Assembly: GCF_902459465.1 (NCBI RefSeq)
Contig: NC_047075.1
Coordinates: forward strand, 12,896,001-12,960,000
DNA length: 64,000 nt
Reading direction: 5' to 3'
Origin: Asterias rubens
Taxonomy: Eukaryota
The position numbers and the translations under genes were made by a program. The notes below the pieces were generated by a model, which saw only the letters and a program-made list of their open reading frames with translations, had not been told where the DNA came from and searched no databases. Of this stretch, positions 23,702 to 33,617 are shown piece after piece. Numbering within the stretch: the stretch's first letter is position 1; each line of letters opens with the position of its first letter.

Positions 23702-26700
23702 TGTATTTCATTCGTTTATTATCTCTATCTTTTTTCCTTATCATAGCTGCACTCATTTTTCGTTTTGGTTTTCTCCCCTTGGTCTTTTTACTCCTTTGAT
23801 CATCATCTTGGATCTGTTCATTACATCTAATACATTCATTGATATTTATATTGTCATCAGTTGTCAAACTATCTACATCCATATTCTGTATTACTTCTGT
23901 TTCTTCACCCTGATCATTTATTATCAAATCATTAGGATTTGTTTCCATTGGTAATATGTGCACTGACAACACAACATCATAATGTACACCATTAGTATGA
24001 TTCAGATAGATTGCTTCATCTGAAGTTACACTTCCAATTTCTGCTATCTTTCCAGAGAATATGTACCATCTACCATTAAAAGTGTATACATCTGTTTCAA
24101 GCATATGTGCAACAGCCATAATCTCTACTTCAGTTGCCCAGACTCCAGAACAAAACATTCTTTGCCTTTGAACATAATCCTGAACATTACTGAATTCTTC
24201 ACGTAAATATGTAGTGTACCGATTGCTACATTTCAACAAATGATTCACAGTAGCTAGCCTCAATCTCATATGGCTACGTTCACTTCCAGAAATTGCAAAT
24301 GAAATAGCTCTGAAAAAACAATTTCCATCACCCTGGATACGTCTTAACTGATTTGGGTGTCCCATTCTGACACAATCTTCAGATACTACAGTTTGTGAGT
24401 ACACTCTATTAATTCCAACTGATTTGCACAAAGACTGCTTGTGGTCATATGACAATGCATTAAACTTAAATACAACTTCCTCAGATATTACAACCATTTC
24501 AATTTCATCACTATCTTCAGTATTCACCTTATCATCTTTCAAGCCATGTTTAGTAGGTCCACCAAATTGATGATCAAAATCACTGGCATTATTAAATGCA
24601 CTTTCCTGATTTGGAATTTCACTCAAGGTTTCATTAGCAACATAACTGATTTCTAAATCATTAAGCTCAGTTGTCTCTCGTTCCTGTTCAATGTCTTCAG
24701 TATCAGCAATAAAGCAATTATTTGTTCCATCATCCTGACAGACAGTCACTCCTGTAACTTCAAATTGTTCATGGTTATTTAAATTCATTGAGTTAGCCAA
24801 TTCAGTACAATACCTGTGAACATCTTGCCATCTCGGTGCACATTTCAAGATACTTGTTCCTTCACTTGTTAGATGACCATTAAAGTTTCTAGAATGAGAA
24901 TCAAAGATATAGTACATACTATTGTGAGAAATAACACAAAATGTGTTTTCATTAAAACATATGAAACAACCTATATATTTCTGCAATGTTTGCTCAAGAG
25001 CTCTATCCAGCTGCATCATATTAAATTCTGACAAATGTCCATCATCATCAAACATACCACTCACTGATTCATGATAAATCATACTAAAGCTCTTGTTGAA
25101 TACAATTAACTGATTGGGTAATTCGTTAATTAACAAATAATCATTATTCATTGTGGAACTGTTTGCTAAATGACCATATAATTCATTGCCAGTATTCAAT
25201 ATCAAATCCATGTCATTGCTAGTCCATTGATTCAAATCTTTAATATGACTGTACATCACAGCACACAAGCTGTTTGCAACACACTGTTTTCCAGTATTTA
25301 CACCAAATTTTAAATTACCTTGATGGAAATGTCCTTGTAAAGCAAAAGTGTTCATCTCTTTCAGCATCACATCTTTCTTCAATTTCTTCTCATTCAACTC
25401 ATCATGGGCAGACACTGACCTCTTTTCTGTTCTGCGCAGTTTGGGGGAATGTTGTTGAACACTGTTATTAACACATTCAAATTCTTTGCTCATTAAACAT
25501 CCAGTATGCTCTATTTTCTTACTAGTGTCTTTTGCACTCTTTGATGGTTGTTTTGTGGCTTTACTTCTCAAAAAGTATCCTCCCCTTTGTTTCTTAATTG
25601 GAACTTCAGTCTTTATCACATTATATTTATTTGTGTCCATGGAACAGTTAACTTCTAATCTATGTTGTTCACAGCTGTCATAAGAATTACTACCACTGTT
25701 GTAAATCTGTTCATTATCTTTGTGAGTAGACATACTAAAATCACATGCCTGGTTCACATTGTCTTCATTTTGGATACACATTGTAATTTCGTACATATTC
25801 ACATCAGCTGGAATTCCATAATCACAGAAAAGAGAATCACAGTAGTTACTTTCCCTGCACTTGCAACATATCCATACACAAGATTTATTTATCAAAATGT
25901 CATTACTCTGTGCAACTCCCATGCATTCAACATGATACCACTTACTGCATTCACACTGTACCTTAGCTTCTAATGATGCAATTATCTTATCACAAAGCCA
26001 ACACTGGTTTTCATTGACATTTGTAATATCAGATTTAAGACTCATTTTTAGTGAGCCATTTCTTGTGTTTTGATTTGAACTTTCACATTTAGGTTTTCTT
26101 ATTTCATATTGTAGCACACATTCTTCAGTTTTCACACGATGATTTTCTTTGGCCTTTTCCACATCTTTCATTGTCTCTACTTCTTTCATTTTCTTCACAA
26201 CATGATCAAGAGTTCTCTTAGTATGGGAGAAAATGCCCTTCTGTGACTTTTCATGCATTCGTCTCTCTTCATTGCTCATACGGCATTCTACAACTTTGCC
26301 ACCTTTCCTGATATTATGACACTTTTTGAATGCTTCTCTTTTTTGTTTCCTTCTGTAACTTCTGGACACTTTCTTTCTCCCTCTTCGTTCAATAACCTCT
26401 TCTACACAATTCAAAACCTTTCCACCTCCACAATGCTGTGTCCAATTATACTTCTTAAGCCATCGTAAACCACTAAGATTACTTACTCTTGAATAGGGAG
26501 TGACTCTCTTTCTTCTCAGTTTACACACTTTCTTTCTTTCTTGGTACTGCAGCTTCCTGTTACGTTCATGCTCAACTTTCTTTAGGTGTTCTTTTCTTGG
26601 TTGCAAAACTCCATCATAATAAACTTTCATTATCTGTTCTATCTCATCATTGTTCTCCATTGAATTCAAATTCAGTAATTTATTGTTCTCAACAATTGTT

Positions 26701-26966
26701 CCAATAACCTGGCTCTTCCCAGGTACCTGGCACATCCCAGGATTTTGATTTGTTCTGATAACCTGGCTCTTCCCAGGTACCTGGCACATCCCAGGATTTT
26801 GATTTGTTCTGATAACCTGGCTCTTCCCAGGTACCTGGCACATCCCAGGATTTTGATTTGTTCTGATAACCTGGCTCTTCCCAGGTACCTGGCACATCCC
26901 AGGATTTTGATTTGTTCTGATAACCTGGCTCTTCCCAGGTACCTGGCACACCCCAGGATTTTGCAT
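23643..26966 (-). CDS. N-terminal part of the Helitron polyprotein: PHD finger, herpes-tegument-like (VTD/C76-type) cysteine protease, OTU protease
   Basis: PHD CWLC..CEC..HVEC..CCKC (~25853-26006). QGHFHQG..KQCVANS..FDSHSR (~24760-25345). IQGDGNCFFRAIS..WATEVEI..HYDVV (~23965-24350). Overlaps the RepHel ORF at an A9 run. Confidence 0.85.
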   Translation of the reverse strand: MQNPGVCQVPGKSQVIRTNQNPGMCQVPGKSQVIRTNQNPGMCQVPGKSQVIRTNQNPGMCQVPGKSQVIRTNQNPGMCQVPGKSQVIGTIVENNKLLNLNSMENNDEIEQIMKVYYDGVLQPRKEHLKKVEHERNRKLQYQERKKVCKLRRKRVTPYSRVSNLSGLRWLKKYNWTQHCGGGKVLNCVEEVIERRGRKKVSRSYRRKQKREAFKKCHNIRKGGKVVECRMSNEERRMHEKSQKGIFSHTKRTLDHVVKKMKEVETMKDVEKAKENHRVKTEECVLQYEIRKPKCESSNQNTRNGSLKMSLKSDITNVNENQCWLCDKIIASLEAKVQCECSKWYHVECMGVAQSNDILINKSCVWICCKCRESNYCDSLFCDYGIPADVNMYEITMCIQNEDNVNQACDFSMSTHKDNEQIYNSGSNSYDSCEQHRLEVNCSMDTNKYNVIKTEVPIKKQRGGYFLRSKATKQPSKSAKDTSKKIEHTGCLMSKEFECVNNSVQQHSPKLRRTEKRSVSAHDELNEKKLKKDVMLKEMNTFALQGHFHQGNLKFGVNTGKQCVANSLCAVMYSHIKDLNQWTSNDMDLILNTGNELYGHLANSSTMNNDYLLINELPNQLIVFNKSFSMIYHESVSGMFDDDGHLSEFNMMQLDRALEQTLQKYIGCFICFNENTFCVISHNSMYYIFDSHSRNFNGHLTSEGTSILKCAPRWQDVHRYCTELANSMNLNNHEQFEVTGVTVCQDDGTNNCFIADTEDIEQERETTELNDLEISYVANETLSEIPNQESAFNNASDFDHQFGGPTKHGLKDDKVNTEDSDEIEMVVISEEVVFKFNALSYDHKQSLCKSVGINRVYSQTVVSEDCVRMGHPNQLRRIQGDGNCFFRAISFAISGSERSHMRLRLATVNHLLKCSNRYTTYLREEFSNVQDYVQRQRMFCSGVWATEVEIMAVAHMLETDVYTFNGRWYIFSGKIAEIGSVTSDEAIYLNHTNGVHYDVVLSVHILPMETNPNDLIINDQGEETEVIQNMDVDSLTTDDNININECIRCNEQIQDDDQRSKKTKGRKPKRKMSAAMIRKKDRDNKRMKYNEKKKKKKDSCSQIFRQYR
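26704..26964. repeat. 54-bp tandem repeat, about 5 near-perfect copies
   Basis: Unit ATAACCTGGCTCTTCCCAGGTACCTGGCACATCCCAGGATTTTGATTTGTTCTG starts at 26704, 26758, 26812, 26866 and 26920. Confidence 0.95.
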
Positions 26967-27869
26967 GTTCCTGTAATTTATTATCTTTGTTTCACAAATT
27001 TTGCTTGTCTTTTTACAAAATATATTTGCTTTGTAAGTTAAGATTCTCTTATTATATTTCTCTGGTTCTCAAGTTCTGATTCTGTAATTATAAATTCTCA
27101 GTTCTGAATTCTCTGGTTATTCAAACTTCTCTTATGTTTCTGAAGTTGTATTCAAAGTTGTCTGTTTCTCAAACTCTGATTCTCTGCTCATTAAAAAAAA
27201 AAATAAAAAATTCTAGTTATCTGATTCTCTCAATATTTAAACTTCACTTTGTTTCTCAAGTTCTAATTTTCTAACTCAAATTCTCTTTTCCTGAAGTCGA
27301 AATTCTCTAAATATTCAATTTTGTTTTTGGAGCTCACTGCCTGATTCTCTGATTATTCAACTTTTTATTGTCTGTTAATTTTTTACTTGTTTTTCAATTT
27401 TTTGTAACTCTTTTTGTTGTGTTTTTGTAGTGTTTATCTTTATAAAAATGTTCAGCAAACTGTATCAAGTCTTCACACTATCACCACCAGTAAACACCCT
27501 GAAATAAAAATGAAAAGAAAAAAAAAAAACAGTTAGTAATATTTAGAAATTTGCCACAATCAACTAGTATCAATGAGAAAATTTGTTTTATTATACAAAT
27601 TCAAGATAATATTTTTTATATTGGTACTCCTTCATATATCTGAACAAAAACCTTGTCCAATCAACTGTGAAGATTGTGATTATCTATGTAGTCTGGCAAA
27701 CTCAGTACATCAGGCCTGGAATTAAATAGAGGTCATCTACTCCTAGAACTAAAAGGCTCATTCCACTATTGTCTCCGTCCATGAATTTTATAGGTTCATT
27801 AACAAAATCCTATTCAACATTTTTCCCCTTGAATTAAAATATTTATGTACCTGTGTTTCTTTTTCAACC

Positions 27870-28012
27870 GGTGTCATAGGGAAATCTGTCCCCCGGAGAT
27901 TCTGTCCCCCATATGGGAAATTAACGTGGGCTGAAGGAGGATGATTCAAAAGAGGGTGCTATCAAAAGCAGTTCGTACAGCCATATGGGGGGACAGAATC
28001 TCCTGCCACACC
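27870..28012. mobile_element. Small MITE
   Basis: Inverted repeats GGAGATTCTGTCCCCCATATGG / CCATATGGGGGGACAGAATCTCC, with outer GGTGT...ACACC. Confidence 0.55.
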
Positions 28013-31000
28013 AGATCTTACCCAAATTAGGCTCTATGTATTCTATGTACATTTACACACAGTAAAGCTCAAGGTGGGCTTAGACAATTTACTCTGCAAA
28101 CAAGATTAATAAAAACAATAAGCTCCCAGCAAATGAGGGGTCTCACCTTCACACTGATAATGAACCAACCTGCTCAGAGATGGTAGCAAAAATGATGTGT
28201 TGATCACTTGCAACAAAATGATCGCCATGAATGATGAAAAACCAGCACGCTGTAGTACACAGGTCATCGCGGGGTCGTCGCAGCTAGCATGATGCAGCGC
28301 CAACCTCGTCCCCAGGGTGTATCGAGCAGTACGAGGGATTGTAAACATGGTTGGAAATAAAGTAAACCATGGGGACGAGGTTGGATGCAGCGCAGCCACT
28401 GATCTCTTCACTAATAACAGAGATCAATGAGCGCAACCTAGCCTGAGCATGCGCATGGAGGAAGGGATAGCATCACATGGCGCATGCATACTCGACAGCC
28501 TCACAAAAGGTGGTCGCGTTTTTGAGATATCGCCGAAAATCCGGTCCGGAGCGAATAATTATATGTCAACACAGGAAGAATCATCCGTAATTGGAATACA
28601 ATCTGAGAAACGTTTTTACAGTAACTTTCTCAGATTCAAGTTTTTGGGGCATATCACTAATATTGTTTTCGATAACTACTAATTACTTGGAAGTGAAATG
28701 TTCCTCAAAATGCTTTATACTATGTATAACTATAATGTAGGAAGTCAAGAAAAAAAGGCTTTCTACTTTATTCATTACAGGAGCAATTAAAAAAAATGCT
28801 AATTGTGCCTTGAAAATCATGGCTCGCCCGCTTACTGCAATGTTTTAAACAAACTGTATAGTTTAATCAGGAATACAAGGCACACGCTCGTCAACACCAA
28901 GGAGCATAGTTGTTATTATTGCGCCCTCTGCCATGTCATATGAATGGCGATTTTCGCGTTGTTTGTTATTGCTGTTCTGTAATATAAACAAAACCCTCTG
29001 CGTGGATGTCGTACATGACAACAAGCAAATTGCTCCCTCCTTAAACAGTACATTAATCCATAGATTGTTGATTTGTCAAAAAATGTGCGATGGGATCGTT
29101 GAGATCCATCTGTGGTCTTTTTGTAACATATACTTTACTCCATGGACAGACGCATAATTGTTGGTCTAATAAGTTTCATTGTTGTTGGTCTTTGAACTGG
29201 TCTCGAGGCCTACCCTCAGTCTTTGATTTTCATACTTCAGTGAAGTGCCTGTATTTTCTTAACACATCCAAGGTGGCTGCTGCCCGCTGTTTGGAAAGTA
29301 TTTGAGGGGCTGATTATAACCCTTGAAGGTTACAAAGGCATATAACAATTCCTGCGTCACTGCAAATAGGCAATTTTGGTTTGTTTTCCATGTTGGTCGC
29401 CATGGACTGTAGTAGTAAGGCTCTGTACGTGCTTGTTGCACAATAGTTTTGAAGTAAAAAGTAGAACAAGACATTGACCTTTAGGCCTACCGTATCAAAT
29501 CTGTAGTATGAGTGCAGACCCGAAAGTGCCATCGCAGATAAAATACATTGTTGTTATCGTTTCAGCCTTGTTCATTGTCAAACATGTATATTTTTAAAAA
29601 GTTTATCTATCTCATGAAATATTGATGTAAACCCGTTTTCAACTGAGCAATTGTGCGCTTCTTTGCTTTGCATCTGAAGTACTTTGCTCATTAATGTTTA
29701 AATTTTAAAACGAATAACCCAAAAATAATTATCATTCTACCATCGTAAGCCACACCTTGAACATTGGCCATGAAAACAATTTTACCATGGATTTGTTTTA
29801 TCCTTGCGCCTACACCTAGACCTACACGAGTATGACGACTTTTGAGGTAATAATATTACATTAGTAGCGGGATAATTTACTGCATTAACTTATGTATGCC
29901 AAATTCAATGACTAAGTGTTCACTAAGAAGACTAAGAGGTGAACTCAAGATTGTGTTTTGATCATGTATTGCGTATTATGGCCATTACACTGAACCTAGT
30001 GTGCGCGTTGAAGACCTACTCATATTGTTTATCTATCATCATCACTCTTTTTCAACAGTAGCTGCATATTAATGAGCGTTTCAATTAACACGCGCCAACG
30101 TACTCAGTGCGCGCTGCGCGTAAAACTATTACTACATAGTTTTTCCAGTACATGCTATTTTTAAACCCAGCTGGCTGGCGCACATCATAATCATTACGAC
30201 GTCCTCGCACCCCTTCCGGCATTGTAAGAACAAGGCAGGCCGGACGGCCGTGTGTGTTCAAAAATGACTTTGCGTGGCTCAAATTTGTCGTTGCTCGTTG
30301 AATTGACGATCTTGGCCAGCTGGGTATTTTTTCTTCTCCTTTTTGGGGGTAAATATATGTAATATGAACACATTTGTAAACGTTTGACTATTAGTGGCAG
30401 TGTACCTTGCGCGCCGAATCGATACCTCGACTGGCTACCAAAAGAATAATAAAATATAATGAAAATATTTTGCCCCGGCATCAAACTTGTGTGGAATGTA
30501 ATAAGATGTGATATTAGTGTGAGCCCAAATCAAAAAGAAAAGAAACTGGAAAAAATAGCAAGAACGAAGACGAATGTCCTCAATAAATAAATAACTTGAA
30601 AGTGGAAGGATTACATTTTCAAATAATCTCTTTATTGAAAATCTAAATATTTTATAAAACACGATGAACATTCTTCCAAGGGTTATACAACTGCACATGA
30701 TTTACATCTATCGACATCTCTCAGAAAATAGTATAATTATAAATGAATCAATTTTGAATACTTAAGTGTTAACTGCAACAGCGAGACTGATCTGAAAGTG
30801 ATTTTGTGGAGGGTTTATTTTATCACACTTTCAAGATTGTATACAATGGATAGAATTCAAGTGTTTTACCATTTATCGTAGGCCTATGTAGAAGTTTAAT
30901 TACATGTCACATATTGAAAGAAAATGCAGTTTTGTTAGTTCTGATGATGCAATAGTGTGATAAAAAACAGGTCCAGAAATATAAGATCATCAGGTGCCTT

Positions 31001-31029
31001 CTTACAACAAGGAAAAACGTCTGCTGGTT

Positions 31030-31990
31030 GATCTTGTAACAAATTACAAATGATTTGATGGTTGGTCTTATGGCAAATAACACATTATTTGAAGGTTTAC
31101 ATTGTAAAATATAGAAAAAGTTTGATGATTACTCTTGTCACCAATGAAACATTATTTGATGATTTATCTTATAACAAATTACAAGTAATTGTATGATTCA
31201 TTTTATGAGATAATAACACATTTTAGAACATTAAACTTGTAAAAAATTACATATTATCGATCACCAAGAAAACATAATTTTGATAATTTTCTTTAAAAAA
31301 TTACATACGATTTGATGATTGGTCTTATGACATAGGCCTATAGAACATTATTCGAAGATTTAATTTGTATTAAATTACAAATGATTGGATGATTTGTCTT
31401 TGATTATGTAAAAGAAAACACTATTTGATGATTTATCTTGTAACAAATTACAAATGATTGAATAATTGGTCTTATGACACCCCCCCATATTGTTTGATGT
31501 TTATATTATAAAATTACAAATCATTGAATGATTGCTCTTATGACAAATTACACATTATTTGATGATTTTTCTTGTAAGCAATTACAAATGATTGGATGCT
31601 TGTCTTATGACCAGGAAAACATTAGTTGATAATTGTTTGACTTTTTAAATCATAATTCTCTGAATTATTGCTCTATGACAAATAGCACATTGTTTGATAA
31701 TTTTTCTTGTAAAGAATTAAAAATGATTGGTTAATTGGTCTTATGACTAAGAAAGCATTAGTTTATAATGTAGCTTGTAAAGAATTACAAATGATTGGTT
31801 AATTGGTCTTATGACTAAGAAAGCACGATTTGATGATTTGTGAAAAAAATTGTTTCAAATGATTTGGTTGATTGGCCCCATGACAAGGAAAACATTTTTG
31901 TATGATTTATCCTGAAACAAATTACACATGTTTGCAAGATCGGTCTTTTAACAAAGAGAAAACTATTTTGAGATTTATCTTGTAACAATT
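31030..31990. repeat. Degenerate AT-rich minisatellite
   Basis: Recurring ATTATTTGATGATTTATCTTGTAACAAATTACAAATGATT(G/T)G..TTGGTCTTATGAC-like units. Confidence 0.75.
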
Positions 31991-32125
31991 TATTTTATAT
32001 CTTAATTAGTTAAATACAATATTAATATGGTTATTGGTCGAGATAGATTGAAAGGCATTCACTGCTTAAACTGATGAAATCTAATTGCCCAATAAAAACT
32101 AAGAAGTGGCCAGTAATATACACTC

Positions 32126-33617
32126 CTACTCCAGAATGAGGGAGAACTTGTCCATCCCATTTTCAGACAGGACGAACTGACATTTAAATGGTACTTTACT
32201 GGTCAAGATGTCATCTATGTTTTCCATTTCGTCTATTTCAAAAGCTTCCATGAGCAAGTCCTTCTTGATGTGGTACTCTGGAAAATGTTCTTGGTTTGAA
32301 GTCAACTTGATCATGTCTCCCTCCAAGTCATAGCAGATGATTTCTGCTTCTTCCATCAGTTTTTCTTGTTCAATTTTCTGCATTAAAAGATAAGGGAGCA
32401 TAATTGAGATTGATATGATGAGATGTGTTTGAGTTTTAAAAAGCTTCTGGTAATGTGAGGATAATACTGTTGTCGTTCTTTAATGGGGATGAGTAAGATT
32501 TAATTGTTGATTTTGCTGCATTAGTGTCTTACCTTCACTTTGCTGTGTCTGGTTGAAGTTAAGTATGTTTCTTCCTGGAATGAGCTGGTAACAACATTGG
32601 TTATTTCTAGAAAGTCACCAATGTCGACAGTGGTTGCAGAGTTGTTTCGCCACAATGCCACTCGACATGTCTGCCCCCGTTCTCTGATGGTGATATTTTT
32701 CACTGAGACATCTGTGCCTTTTGTGAAAACCGTCTTCACCATTTCTTGCTGTAATTAAACAAAAAGCAATATACAGAATTATTAATGTGTTGGCCTATAC
32801 ATTTTGTTGTTGAGTATGTGTGTACATACTGTGCAACAGATGGAAAATTAAGAAGTTAAATATTGTTATTGTATAACTTTGTTTTCATAGGGGTTGTTTC
32901 CTGTGTTGAAGCAATTGTTTTTAAGTTTATGTAACCCAGTGATTGTTTACATAACACTTAATAACAGCTTTTCAGGTTAAGTTCTTGTAGTGAGGTATGT
33001 TAGTGTCATTACTTATTCTTACCCAATACACATTTATTGCTGAAACCTTTCTGTTCCCATAAGTTGTTGTTTATAAGGAGAAGTTTATATCTGTATCATT
33101 AGACTATCAACTTGATATTTATCAACTAAGGTTTGCCCATAGACCATAATTATATGTTATACTAACAGGAGTGCAAGACCATGGATGTACATTTGTATAC
33201 AATACTTACTGCAATAACCTGGCCCTTAACAGAAACAAGTTTCTTCATTGGAGAAGTCTTTACTTCAGGTACAGGCAGAAAGGTGGCTGCTGGTGGATTG
33301 ATGATGTCTCTTGCTGCCGTCTCCTTAGCATCAGGCACATCGAATGATCCTGTCTTTGACACTCTTGTGTTTTTTCCTACAACGACTTGATTGTGTGGAG
33401 ATGTTTTCACAGAAGAATTTATCAGTGAAACAAATCCACCACAAATCAACTTAGATGCCTTTGCATCATCATACAAAATGAGTTCAACTGCCATAGTGTG
33501 ATCTGCAATGCCATATCTGTTCCCGTTAGAGCCAGTCCCTTGGCAGATTACCTTCACTCGTGTGAATGCACCATATGGCTTGGTCATGTTGTGAAACAAG
33601 TCTTGAAGTGTGCACAT
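32126..33617 (-). CDS. Intact 3-exon (~291 aa) tandem OB-fold, RPA/HIN-like ssDNA-binding protein
   Basis: Exons 33617-33210, 32748-32533 and 32377-32126 are all phase 0 with GT-AG and no stops. Beta-strand motifs YGIADHTMAVELILYD, VSVKGQVIA, RVALWR and GDFLEITNV. A candidate 5' UTR exon donor lies at about 34757. Confidence 0.7.

Noticed and set aside
24760-25345. Endogenous herpesvirus
   Set aside because: It is a single tegument-like protease domain embedded in a Helitron ORF, with no other viral genes.
19299-25973. Plus-strand short ORFs over the Helitron genes, and similar antisense ORFs over the CACTA and Chapaev genes
   Set aside because: They are shadow ORFs opposite long coding sequences, with no recognisable motifs.
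26704-26964. CRISPR-like array (also considered for the 102-bp and 36-bp arrays)
   Set aside because: The units are contiguous with no unique spacers, there are no cas genes, and the context is eukaryotic.
30242-30252. Third Chapaev-like terminus (GGACGGCCGTG; similar CACGGCC at ~61000 and 61259)
   Set aside because: No partner end, TSD or transposase was found, and the match is short enough to be chance.
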